This document shows, in pieces, positions 41,140 to 53,109 of a stretch of 64,000 bases of DNA (positions are counted from its first letter, which is position 1; each line of letters starts with the position of its first letter). Where the stretch lies: positions 74,834,001-74,898,000 of the forward strand of contig OZ024742.1 in the NCBI GenBank assembly GCA_964016885.1. The letters are read 5' to 3'. A program made the position numbers and the translations under genes. This DNA comes from Eledone cirrhosa. Lineage: Eukaryota. The notes under the pieces are model-generated. The model ran no database searches. It saw only the letters and a program-made list of their open reading frames with translations, and was not told the origin of the DNA.

Positions 41140-41914
41140 GGAATTTGCAAACGACATGGTGTTATTCAACTCGACAGAAAGTGATCTCCGACTTGCATTT
41201 GATAGGTTTGATGCCGGGAGCTGCATGGTTGGAATGAAAATCAATGCTGCGAAAACTGCACAGGAGCTCTACGTGTAAATGGAGTTCCACCGAAGCATGT
41301 TGAATTGCAGGAGCTGGTGCTGTAATGCACCAACTTTATCGTTCAGTAACCAGAAGGGAGGTAGGCGTAAAAGCCAAATTTGCTATCTTCAATTCGGTAT
41401 TCGTGCCAACCTCTACTTATATTAGTTAATGATCGAAAGAATACGATCGTGAATACAAGCAGTCAAAATGGGGTTCCTCAGAGAGTCACTCCAGGTAGAG
41501 CTGCTACTTCTCCGAATTGAGAGATCACAGCTCCGATACTATGGGAATGTGGTTAGAATGTCTCAGGAAAGAATCGGTGGAGAGATTTTACGGACAAAAC
41601 CAACTGGCAGGAGACCCAGAGGCAGACTCTGAGCAAGGTGGTTGGATAATATTCTTGTATTTGGCTAGTCTCGCTTGGGGATCCAGCCGGATCTGTTGGA
41701 GACGGTTGTTGTTTCTGACAGGAACCGCTGGAAGGAGTACTCTCATGAGCCTCTCATGAATAGGTCGGTGAAGAAGGAGAAGAAAAAGGAAAAAAAAAGA
41801 TGATGATGATGGACCTTTTGTCAGAGTATCACGTGCGCTTTCGGTCTTGTCCTTTTGGTTTATGACTTCGGCATCTTGAAAGAATGTGAGAAAGAATGTG
41901 AGTATATATATATA
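41140..41914 (+). repeat. Near-identical duplicate of 30561-31335 inserted into the PLE ORF
   Basis: Same decayed RTE sequence, same flank and a (TA)n stub. Confidence 0.93.
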
Positions 41915-42299
41915 AGCTTCTTCTTGATCTGAAGAGGCACTCCATGGTTTTTTGGTTATTAATATTGGGGTTTCCTCTATCAAAGTGGTAAGCCCTCCAC
42001 CTCATCCTGCATATTAGGGAGTCAGTACTCTTAGTGAGATTCCCGGTGTATTCTCTTTTACCCGGTAATGGGATGTCCTTCAGTGATGCCAGAGTGGTGA
42101 GTTTATTCATATTGGCTGCGGTCCGCTACTGTATGAAGCGCTCAACAGGGTGTGGAGCATGGGGTAAGCAAGAAAGTAAGTGTTGGTAAAATCCAGTACT
42201 TCAGTATGCGGATAGGGAGCACTCAACGAAGATATAAGTTCTGGAGTTATAATAGTGACGAAACATAAGTCAATTGTATGAACTCATAATCCTTTATTT

Positions 42300-42355
42300 A
42301 CTACTATATATATTTCGATGATAGCCATTGAATGGCTATGACCTCATCAGGCAAT
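42300..42355 (-). ncRNA. Minimal type I hammerhead (5' pLTR copy)
   Basis: As 37764-37819 with two stem I changes. Confidence 0.85.
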
Positions 42356-43152
42356 TAGCCAGTTCTTAGATATGCCAGCTCTGTGTTTATAGTGTTGATG
42401 GTATCAGAGCCTTGGGACATATGAGTTTGTTAGGAATAATTTAATGTTGTCAGCAAGAATAGTCTTAATTTTCATTGGTCAGTTTGTAGAAGCTAGTAGG
42501 GTTGGTATTTGACCTCAAAGAAGCAGGTGGTGTTGTAAAGTTCAAACCGTCAGGCAAGATGACAATTGTTCCATATGACTGATTTTCACAAAAAGCATTC
42601 CTGGTCAGATATATATTCTATATATATCTGACCAGGAATGGTCAGATATATATAGAATATATATACAGAATTTAGAATATATATACAGAAATGAGTAAGT
42701 AAATGCTTCATTCAATCATAAACCAATGCTAAATTTATTTTCTTATTTTATTTATGGTTTTTAAAATAGTCGTTACATGTTGTTTGAATTTCAGAGGTTT
42801 AGATTGAGAAAAAAAAAAGAAAGAAAGAAAAGGATAAATAAAAAAAACTAAATGTATTTTTTTCGTCATGCCCTCTTCACTGACAACATACCTAATGATT
42901 CATCTATGAGTAAAGCATTGTATATGCTGACTGTAATAGGGAGCAGTATTCAAAAAATCACCGCTGGAAAAATTTTTTTTTTATCTAGATGATTTACTTT
43001 GACCAAACGGCAATAAATATTCTGCTATAATTCCTACTTTGGTTAAAATTCAGCAATCATATTTGAATGGTCAAATATTTTGTAATGTGGGCCAAATATA
43101 TTGTAACTTTCATAAAATACCCGGGTATCACCGGGTAGCTCAGCTAGTATAT

Positions 43153-44987
43153 ATATATATAATAATAATAATAGTGGCTAGAAGGACTATCATAAAATTT
43201 AAAAATAGCTACTGGGTAAGAAAAGATAGGATAAGCAGCTTCGATATCACAATGGGATCAAATGACTCTGCGCAAATCCCTGACGTCGTGGGCCTATTTA
43301 TAGCACATAACCTACATAAGGAATTCAGTAACCTCCAAGGAGGGATTTATAGAGACAACACGCTCCTTATATCTAGGAACTTAAACAACCAGAGCATGGA
43401 AAGATTAAGAAAAAACATTAGAACATTCTTAAAAAAACTAGGCCTAAGTATTACCTTCGAACTGAACCGCAAAAAGGTAAACTTTCTAGATATGACTCTA
43501 AATCTAAATACGGGATTAATAGAACCCTTCCACAAAAATAATGAGAATCTGGCCTACATTAGTTATAACTCAAACCGCCCCAAATCCATAATCAGATCCA
43601 TAGCACGTAGTATATCCCTTAGAATATCCCGCTTATCCTCAAACCTAGAAATTTTTAATGAACATGCTAACTATTATAACGCAGCATTACATAGGGCCGG
43701 GCATAAAGATAAGCTGCAGTTTATAACGAATAAAGACAACTTAAACAAACCTACTAGCAATTACACCAACCTCTCACACAAAAATAGAGGTAACAGGACT
43801 AGACATAGAGTTAGGCACGTAGCACCTAGAGTAAGTGGTCCAAACACCAATAATGTAAACCCTAGAAACAATAGAAGAATCAGAGAAAGAAAATACCTGT
43901 GGTTCAAACCAATCTTCAACTCCTCTGTAAAAACTAGACTGCCTTCTACATTCTTTAAACTAATAGATAAACACTTCCCTATTTCACACATATATCATAA
44001 AATACTCAAAAGAAAAACTATAAAACTCTCATACTCTACGGCAGCAAATATAGAATCATACATACGCAAGATCAACCACAGAAATACCTCTAGGGAATCC
44101 GCCCCACCTATGCGCAACATAGCACCAAATTATAAACATAAACACATCACAGTATCACAACCGCAAGCGCATACAAGCACACAGCCACAAAACCCCAACG
44201 GGCATAAATCACAACCCACTTATAGCAGTGTACAAAACAGCAGTGTGGAAGCTGCACGGAATAACACCTCAAATTGTAACTGTCACCTACCGTATAGGTG
44301 CCCATTGGCGAATAGATGCCTTGATTCGAGCCTAGTAGACATGTGTACGGTCAACTCAGACAACTCCAGCTGGCATTACATTGGATCCACCGTGGGTACT
44401 TTTAAAAAAAGATGGTATGTGAACAGACACTCGATGAAAAACCGTGCACTTATGGGTTCTACAACCCTCGCCAAAAAAAATCTGGGAACTTAAGGACAAT
44501 AACACCAACTACAATATCAACGGTCGAGGTTGTCGGCCGTAAAGACTTACAGTACCGGTATGTCCCACTGTAGGCTCTGTGATCTAGAATTACTATATAT
44601 GCTTAGGAATGTAAAAAGGGTACTCAACAACAAGTTAGAAAGATCAATCTTCTGCAGACACAGGATCGCCACTAAATTCACAAGATTTAAGCCTCCGTGA
44701 ATCGAACCGACGTAAGATAGCTTTCAACTTAGGATATCCACTATGCTGCACGAACCACCACAGAAATACAATCATTAAGTACATTCTAGCCTTCTTAGTT
44801 CTATACCACAGTAATGTCTCTGCAAGTACCTTATCAACCCATAAATATATCCCTTCCCAGCTGCTGTCAACACAACTTCCTCACCCTTAACTCTCAACAA
44901 ATGAACCTAAATCCAAGAACATTTCAAAATACTACTACAGCAGGACATTACCTTCCTCCTGTTATAATTATAGTCAGCATATTTTCT

Positions 44988-44990
<3 letters not shown>
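43153..44990 (+). mobile_element. 5'-truncated Penelope-like element (Hydra-like)
   Basis: FDITMGSNDSAQ, GGIYRDN, NFLDMTLNL, CNCHLPYRCPL, YIGST, CRLCDLE, FCRH; ends at (TA)n. Confidence 0.92.
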
Positions 44991-45036
<46 letters not shown>

Positions 45037-45074
45037 TATAAAATGAAAGTGCTTTTATAAAGGAATGTATTAGG

Positions 45075-45192
45075 TATTGACATATGTTTCTGTAACAGAC
45101 GGAATAACTATGTATCGCTGCTTGCGTAATCATATAATGTTAGCAAGTATTCGATAACAAATGTATAATCAGTTGTCACTTCTTCAGAGATA
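45075..45192 (-). ncRNA. Type I hammerhead, about 90-nt stem II (inverted copy)
   Basis: As 48240-48357. Confidence 0.78.
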
Positions 45193-48100
45193 TTGGATAA
45201 ATTGGAAAAAATCAGAAAAATTGAAGTATTTATATTAGTTGTAAGAAAGGAAGAAGAGAGGGGATAGTATATGACAGATGGCAATTCAATTTACTGGTAA
45301 ACAAGTATATAAAAGATTTCTAATGAGAATACAATGAGTATATGGTTTATTTTATCTAAATAAGAATTTTTGGGAGTGCTTATTTTAATCTATACTTGAC
45401 CAATTGAACAATGGACAGGGCTGGTCGTTTGGTGTAGTAGTATTAATAGATATAAAGTGTCAATTAAGGAAGGTATATGCATTAGGGAATTGAATTAAGA
45501 AATCTCATTTTATCTATAGCAGTTTATATTAAATGGTAAAGAATAGAAGAGTTGATAGAATTAAGACTAATAGAGAATGTTAATATGTATTTTGACAATC
45601 AAACGGAGATGGAGACAGGCGTTCAATCCTGGTAGTGTTTGTAATATGAAAATGTAGATTTCAAGCGATGGTTACAGTATAACGATCGCTCTATTCTGTT
45701 ATTTAATAAAATATTTTTGGATTTCATAATACAAAATGGAAAGGCACCAATTGGATATGTCGTTAAAAAACATACCTATTCAGGCAAAAAAGGAATATAT
45801 TCTAGGTATGATACGAAGGACCAATGATTTTATTCAACGAATCAGATGGAAAACATTCCACTTTGACAAAAGCCGTATAAACCAAACATCGGATCTTAAC
45901 AAGGATAAATTTGGATTTAAATCTTACAAAAACCCACCCTCAAACTCACTTTTGGATGCATTTGAACAAGACCTAATGGATATGATCATGGAGATCAAAT
46001 TTACAAAACAGAAAAAACAATAAACTACAGAATGACATCACGGCACTGCTCAATAATCTAAAAAACGCCAATGGAATTATTGTTAGAGCAGACAAAACAT
46101 CAAACGTATATACCATGGATGTGGACACTTACAATAACTTCATCCGTAAGGAATTGCATAAAAAATACAAGAAAACTAATGAAGCTACACTTAAAAACAT
46201 CAACAACTAGGCATGTGAAATTGTTTAAAAACTTTGTATTGACGATAGAACGCAACCCTTAACACCAGCTACACCATCCTTCAACCTGAATGACCACAAG
46301 GTAAACTTCGATACTGACGCTAAAATTAGACTTATATGCCCCTCTAAATCTGATAAGGCAAAATTAGCAAATATATACTAGACAGAATTATCCCCCAAGT
46401 TAAGGCTAAAGTAGATATTAAACTATGGGGTAACACCCATGAGGCAATAAGATGGTTTAATAGCATTACTGATAAGAAAAAAAATCAAAATTTATTCAGT
46501 TTGATATTGATGAATATTATTCCTCAATTTCACCTGATACTCTGCATGAAGCTCTTTCGTTCGCTAAGGCTAATTCCGACCTTACGGATGCTGAAATTAA
46601 TATTATTATGGAAGCGAGGAAAACTATTGTTAAATTTGATGATAGCTACTGGGTTCGCAAAGATAGACCTTCTAATTTTGATATTACTATGGGTTCCAAT
46701 GATTCGGCGGAAGTAACTGATCTTGTGGGAATTTATATCACCCACAGACTACAAGGACAATTCAAGGATCTCCACGGTGGAATCTACCGTGACGATGAGC
46801 TCCTATTAGTTAAGCATATGAATAACCAGAATTTAGAAAGGATGCGTAAAAATATCAGAAAGCTTTTTAAGGAACTAGGATTAAATATTACATTTGAATA
46901 TAACCTCAAAGAGGTTAATTTCCTTGATGTTACTTTGAATCTCAATACAGAAACGATTAAACCGTTCCATAAACTAAATGAGAACCTTAAATATGTAAAT
47001 ACGGGTTCTAACCATCCACCCTCTATAATTAAATCCATCCCTAAAAATATTTCCCTTAGAATCTCCCGCCTGTCGTCCAACCAGCAAACCTTTAAAGAAC
47101 ATGCCGAATATTATGATGATGCACTTAGGAAGGCTGGACACCTAGATAATATAAAGTATATAGTCGACGATCACCAAAACACCCAAAATAAATCTCATAG
47201 AGGTAGAAATAGCATAGAATCACCACCATACATACACTACCGCAATAGACACACTAATAGTCGCATACCACCAAACAGAAGGCGATGTAAAGAGTATATA
47301 TGGTACAACCCGGTCTATAACAACTCTATTAAAACCAATCTACCCTCAAAATTCTTTCGATTAGTTAAAAAACACTATCCAACATCACATAAATATAATA
47401 AAATCTTAAACCCTAACACTATTCGACTTTCATATTCAACCGCCCCTAATATTGAACAACATATAAAAAAGCTTAACGCAAAACGGTTGTATAAACGCCT
47501 TCCAACAGATAACAATACACGTAAAACATCGGCTATAACATCACAAAACAACAAACAACATCCCGTCCTACCTAAGTAACCTCATCAACCCATCCATGCC
47601 AATGCAACAACGCAAAATTATAACTGTAACTGTGTCCAACCAGGAATGTGTCCGTTGAACAATCAGTGTCTTGAACGCAACATCATATACAAATGTACTA
47701 TCGAATCGGATAGTCAGAAGTGGTACTATGTGGGGTCTACGGCTACCTCCTTCAAATCTCGCCTTTATAGACATCGTTACTCAATAAAACATGAAAACCA
47801 GCGTTATGTAACAACACTCGCAGACAAGGCTTGGCAGCTGCGCGAAAATAACCAACAATTTAACCTAAACTGGGATATAACTGCTATAGATAAAATGAGA
47901 TTTCTTAATTCAATTCCCTAATGCATATACCAGCAGGCTACCAGCATTGTTGTTATTCAGTAGCAGTGAAAATCTCCCTCTTCCTTAATTGACACTTTAT
48001 ATCTATTCATACTACTACACCAAACGACCATTGTTCAATTGGTCAAGAATAGGCACTCCCAAAAATTCTTATTTAGATAAAATAAACCATATACTCATTG

Positions 48101-48239
48101 TATTCTCATTAGAAATCTTTTATATACTTGTTTACCAGTAAATTGAATTGCCATCTGTCATATACTATCCCCTCTCTTCTTCCTTTCTTACAACTAATAT
48201 AAATACTTCAATTTTTCTGGGTTTTTCCAATTTATCCAA

Positions 48240-48357
48240 TATCTCTGAAGAAGTGACAACTGATTATACATTTGCTATCGAATACTTGCTAACATTATAT
48301 GATTACGCAAGCAGCGATACATAGGTATTCCGTCTGTTACAGAAACATATGTCAATA
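48240..48357 (+). ncRNA. Type I hammerhead, about 90-nt stem II, A.A at 10.1/11.1
   Basis: TATCT-CTGAAGA-A-GTGACA...TGTTAC-A-GAAA-C(ATAT)G-TC^AATA. Confidence 0.8.
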
Positions 48358-48540
48358 CCTAATAAATTCCTTTATAAAAGCACTTTCATTTTTATATTCA
48401 TCTTTTCTACATTTTCTCCGGAATATAATTTATACTCGTTGAGCAAACCTACACGTGCGCTGTTCATCTCTAACGTGACGATATATTATCACTACATTAT
48501 TGATAACCTGAAATTTTATATATATATAAATATATATATA

Positions 48541-48753
48541 TAGGAACGAGTAGGACCCCGACGGCTGAGCTCAAGCCGTTTCGACGGTCCTACTCGTTCC
48601 TATTACCCACTCTACTACCCTAAGTATTGAGTAATACTTAGTGTAGTAGAGTGGGTAATAGGAACCAGTAAGACCCCGACGGCTGACCTCAAGCCGTTTC
48701 GACGGCTAATTCCGTCGAAACGGCTTGAGCTCAGCCGTCGGGGTCTTACTGGT

Positions 48754-48757
<4 letters not shown>
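48541..48757. repeat. Four-segment fold-back array built from pLTR/HHR 3' halves of family F
   Basis: Alternating-orientation copies of sequence at 50700-50781, embedded in (TA)n. Confidence 0.9.
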
Positions 48758-48795
<38 letters not shown>

Positions 48796-48861
48796 CCTCC
48801 TTAACCTCTGTATTAACTTGCCTTTTATATTGCTACTCTGTTAATGTTATCTTATACATGT

Positions 48862-48965
48862 ATCCCGCCGAGGTTGACTTTGCCTTTCATCCTTACGGGG
48901 TCGATAAAATAAAGTACCAGTAATGCACTGGGTAATTGCTGGCCTTGTGCCTAAAGTAGAAACAG
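48862..48965 (+). mobile_element. SINE 3' half
   Basis: ATCCCGCCGAGGTTGACTTTGCCTTTCATCC...; GTTATCTTATACATGTAT repeated on both sides. Confidence 0.8.
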
Positions 48966-49405
48966 TTATCTTATACATGTATGTTATTGATGATGTGAAA
49001 GCTAAACAACTCCTTCATCTAATATAGACAACATAAATATTGAACCTAACACCACAAATATTACTATCCTCACTACAGTGATACATTTTTCATCTGTCAG
49101 ATAATAAATGATTCTTACGGCCACCAGACCTACAGTAAAGGAAATGGTTCATTATTTAAAGCCACCGGCTTATCTTTACACTATATATAATACACCCCAT
49201 GACAGCTTTTACATGTCAATTTTATACATCTGCCTCATGTCAGCTAGTTTTACACGCTAAAATCGTAGATATACTATACTTCTCACCTAGATTGATGTGA
49301 TTATTTCAAATAATTTATTGCTAGCATTGTTAGTATTGTTGTTATTGATCTGATTGAATGCCATTACTACTATATATAGTAGCCATGCCTGTATATTCCT
49401 TTCAT

Positions 49406-49526
49406 TCTCACAAGCTCCGATGAATTGACTGGTTACAACTATGTATTGGTGATTGAATGACGTGAAAACAAGCGGGTAGTGATCTCTAGACCTACCAGTT
49501 CAGAGAAACAATTGTCAGCAATGAGA
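49406..49526 (+). ncRNA. Type I hammerhead, C4 core variant
   Basis: TCTCA(CAA)GCT-CCGATGA-A-TTGACTGGT...ACCAGTTCAG-A-GAAA-C(AATT)G-TC^AGC(AA)TGAGA. Confidence 0.78.
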
Positions 49527-49870
49527 TTAAAAACCTTTTTTGTATAGCAAACCGTGTCACTCTTCTTTCCTGATTTATCATTACTCCAAGTGTTAACAAC
49601 ATAGAAATTACCGCGTACTCGCAGCATCGCTATGGAAACGAATTGTTGAGTCAAACTTAGCCAAGCGTTGATATCATCCACTACTCGGAGTACCTTAACT
49701 GGACTACACTTAAGTGGACTACCTATAACAATAATCTGTTACCCCGTATATATATATATATGTATATATATGCATGTATATATATAAATACCACATTGGT
49801 TTGACAAATTTAACCTGAAGCAAACGGAAAAATATAGAATAGATATACAGACCGTCTCAATAATTATTTC

Positions 49871-49959
49871 ATCTCTCGGACAGATTAGAGATTTAATCTG
49901 TTTCGCCCTGAAAATTGTGCTTGTAACAGCTAATCCGTAGGCATTCCTCAGCGAGAGAT
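49871..49959 (-). ncRNA. Full-size type I hammerhead ribozyme
   Basis: ATCTCTCG-CTGAGGA-AT-GCCT...GGGC-GAAA-CAGATTA(AATCTC)TAATCTG-TC^CGAGAGAT. Confidence 0.9.
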
Positions 49960-50066
49960 TAGATCAAATGCAACAAACACATACAACTAAAAGCCACGCA
50001 CACACACACACACACACACGCGCGCGCGCACACACACACACACACACAGACCACATATATATATAT

Positions 50067-50630
50067 AATAACTTTGATAACTTTGATAGGTTTCGGCCAG
50101 TATTGGCCCAGGCCATGTCTAACTTAATAGCACCACCTGGCGAAATCTTACAAATCAGTTTTTGGGCACCATGGCCCACTCGAGCAGAGAGTTATTGATT
50201 ACGGAGGCATATCCGGGTGTAGAAGGCTTATCCGGGATTTCTTGAAGGAATTTATCCAAAGACTTCTTGAACTTGATGGGGTCTGTCTCTGCTTTGATTT
50301 GTTTTGGTGTAATGTTAAAAAGTGCAGGGCCCATTGAGGTGAAATAATTGTGCCGTATTGTTGTTATGAGATGCGAGTGAGATTTTGTCGTGGGCGGATA
50401 GCACGGGGCCCAAGACTTGGGTGTACATTAAAGGTGATGCCAACATCATTTGGGCAAAGCTGATGGAATATTTTCCACATCATGAAGATAATGTAGCGCT
50501 CACGGCGACTTTGGAGAGAATAAAGGTTGAGCTTTTCTAATCGACTCCAAAAGTCAAGACCTGTCATGCCATCTATCTTTTTTGTAATTGACCTTTGGGG
50601 TGCTTCAACTTTCATGATACTTTGTTTCAA
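50067..50630 (-). mobile_element. CR1/L2-group LINE 3' end
   Basis: RLEKLNLYSLQSRRERY..GPALFN..FKKSLDKFL..PD.P; tandem (ATCAAAGTT) tail. Confidence 0.8.
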
Positions 50631-50741
50631 TAATATATATATATATATAACGAAGGAAATGTGGTAAAGAACCAGGTGGACCATAACGCACCAAAGTACT
50701 CAATACTTGAGGTAGTAGAGTGGGTAATAGGAACCAGTAAG

Positions 50742-50835
50742 ACCCCGACAGCTGAGCTCAAGCCGTTTCGACGGCTAATTCTGGACTAAATGAAAATTTA
50801 TCCTGGTATTTAAATAGCCGATCTTCTCAAGGGGT
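50742..50835 (-). ncRNA. Type I hammerhead, U3-A8 core (family F)
   Basis: ACCCC-TTGAGAA-GA(T)CGGCTA...TAGCCGTC-GAAA-CGGCT(TGAGCTC)AGCTG-TC^GGGGT. Confidence 0.9.
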
Positions 50836-52434
50836 AATTCCATATATGGTCAAAGTGATTGTCAAAAATCAGTAGTAATTCTGTGGTTGCAAATTAGTAG
50901 GGGAGATGGTGGCTAAACCTGCCAGTAGGAGAACGAGGGGAGGGGGTGGAGTAGACCCAATCAAGCGTTGGTAGTGCCAGCTACAGCTGGGCATGAGGTC
51001 AAAGAAGATACAGGGGAGGAGGAGGGGGAGGAAGTCGGAACGGTAGGTAGAACAATGGTGGGTAGAAATATATAGGAAAGAAAAATACTGAGAGTGAAGA
51101 AAAGCAAATAAGTGTAAAGAAAAAAGTAAAGTAAATTAAATTCTACGACCTAGGTCTCAGGCTATTGTTAGGCTAGAATAAAATAAAGAAAGAAAGAAAG
51201 AAGTAAAGAAATAAATAAATAAATAAATAACGAAATAAGTAAAAGAACTAGGTGGGACGGAATAGGCAAGGACCCTTTTAAGAGGTATAAGTACGTAAAT
51301 GATACGGTGACGGGTCAACAAAAGGGGCCAAAATACTAAAGAGACTACCACGAAATAAACAATAAAGGTTTCCATCCCGGGCCAGCAACGACCCAGTGCA
51401 GCAAAGTGAACTTGTACGAGATAATAATTCTGAGTCCCGAGAAAAATATATACTAATGCTAACTCTAAAAGATCTAAAACAAGCTACATGAAAGTTCGTA
51501 CGAAATAAATTCAGAATCCACCCCGCCCAGAAGAAAAGCGAAGCAAGAAATACTGAAACGAAAAAATAAGGCATAAGTGCCACTAAGAAATATAGAGGGC
51601 ACAGAGAATAGTGGGAGCGGTCGGAAAAAGGGGGCAAGTATCCGGGGTCTAAGCCAACTGCTATAAAGGGCGGAGTCCGCCAAATCTATCATAGACTAGG
51701 GGAGGGGGTGGTGGGGGTACTAAGGCTACATGGGGCCAAAGGGCAGCCTCGGGTGGGCGAGAAAAGACGCCGACAAAGGAGAAGAGCTGGGGTAGAAGGA
51801 CTAAGGAGAGAGGGGGGAAGGAAATAAAGGAAGCGATAAAAGAATACAAAGAAGATCTTACGTCTTCCTTGGCAGGCAGGGGTTACCCGTTGCAAAATCG
51901 GCAAGTGGGGTGTTATAGCCCTAGTCTACCCCCCCGGGTCATTATGGGGTTTGAGGGCGAGGTAAGTCTTACGCAATCTATGTTTACATGCAGTAACCAG
52001 TTCATCTTTCTTGTTTAGGAGTTGGTCCGTCGAAAACAGCATTTGTAAAGTTTCCTCCGAGCATAAATTGCACGGACGGCGTCCTCCCGTGTAAGAATTG
52101 GCTCTGGACAGTAATCTCAACTTTACTTTTTTCTTTACTTTACTTTTTTCTTTACACTTATTTGCTTTTCTTCACTCTCAGTATTTTTTCTTTCCTATAT
52201 ATTTCTACCCACCATTGTTCTACCTACCGTTCCGACTTCCTCCCCCTCCCCCTCCCCTGTATCTTCTTTGACCTCATGCCCAGCTGTAGCTGGCACTACC
52301 AACGCTTGATTGGGTCTACTCCACCACCTCCCCTCGTTCTCCTACTGGCAGGTTTAGCCACCATCTCCCCTACTAATTTGCAACCACAGAATTACTACTG
52401 ATTTTTGACAATCACTTTGACCATATATGGAATT

Positions 52435-52528
52435 ACCCCTTGAGAAGATCGGCTATTTAAATACCAGGATAAATTTTCATTTAGTCCAGAATTAGCCGTC
52501 GAAACGGCTTGAGCTCAGTTGTCGGGGT
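52435..52528 (+). ncRNA. Type I hammerhead, U3-A8 core (family F, inverted copy)
   Basis: Same fold; predicted cleavage after C52523. Confidence 0.9.
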
Positions 52529-52538
52529 CTTACTGGTT

Positions 52539-52613
<75 letters not shown>

Positions 52614-52785
52614 AGGTGCATTATTGGTTGTGTAAAATGTTCCAATAACTTTATGTTAGCAATATTAAGATCTCCACGCTTTTGTATATCTCCAATTCCA
52701 TTCAAGGGAACAGCTAGATGATGTAAAACGGAGTATAAGTATCAAAATGAAAATCCGAAGGCAAGGTAAAATTCCAATCATTTAA

Positions 52786-52860
52786 TTACGACACATGTTT
52801 CAATAAGAGATAGATCGATTGTGAAGCCATGATCGATTATCACTGATCTCATCAGGTGAA
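52786..52860 (-). ncRNA. Type I hammerhead with short stem III
   Basis: TTCAC-CTGATGA-GATCAGTGATAATCGAT...ATCGATCTATCTCTTATT-GAAA-C(ATGT)G-TC^GTAA. Confidence 0.78.
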
Positions 52861-53109
52861 AATGAATTGTCTTCAAATTCCTGATATGAGGGAGAAAAAA
52901 TAACGATGTTCTCTCACAGAATTCATTCCCTCATATGAAGACACACCAGTCAGAGACACGGCGACTGCTATTAACTTCAGTTGAGGTCATAAAAGTTTTC
53001 AGATTTCTATTGCTGCAAAAGACGCTGGACATCAATCAAATCTGTAGGAATACAGTCAGTCAGAGTTAATGTGAGTGGGTACACACATTCCACACCCACA
53101 TACACCGGC

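Larger units (their letters stand above)
37717..42618 (-). mobile_element. Penelope-like element (Hydra-like) with direct pLTRs 37717-38081 and 42253-42618, interrupted at 41140-41914
   Basis: ORF remnants 42110 to 38975: SLKDIP, RMRWRA, FDITMGSSDSAQ, YRDN, WYNPP, CNC..CPL..C..VV.C..YIG, CNLCLSE, CRH. Confidence 0.92.
45035..48520 (+). mobile_element. Penelope-like element (Hydra-like) with inverted 5' copy of its own 3' end (45035-45732)
   Basis: ORF remnants 45736-47880: MSLKNIP, ADKT, FIQFDI, GGIYRDD, WYNP, GIY-YIG; 45035-45522 is the reverse complement of about 47879-48400. Confidence 0.92.
50655..52540 (-). mobile_element. 5'-truncated PLE (family F) with inverted pLTR (about 50729-51140 vs 52121-52541)
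   Basis: ORF end CNLCSEE...LLNKKDELVTACKH (51926-52120), long 3'UTR, (TA)n on both sides. Confidence 0.88.

Noticed and set aside
43345-43362. RT motif YRDN instead of YRDD in two PLE families (also about 40550)
   Set aside because: GACGAC to GACAAC is a single CpG transition; other copies keep YRDD, so this is decay rather than a new catalytic motif.
48541-48757. CRISPR-like repeated palindromes
   Set aside because: Orientation alternates, there are no unique spacers or cas genes, and the sequence derives from a PLE pLTR.
50085-50115. GGCCAATACTGGCC-GAAAC on the minus strand resembling HHR stem II
   Set aside because: No CUGANGA-type core upstream; better explained as the LINE 3' stem-loop.
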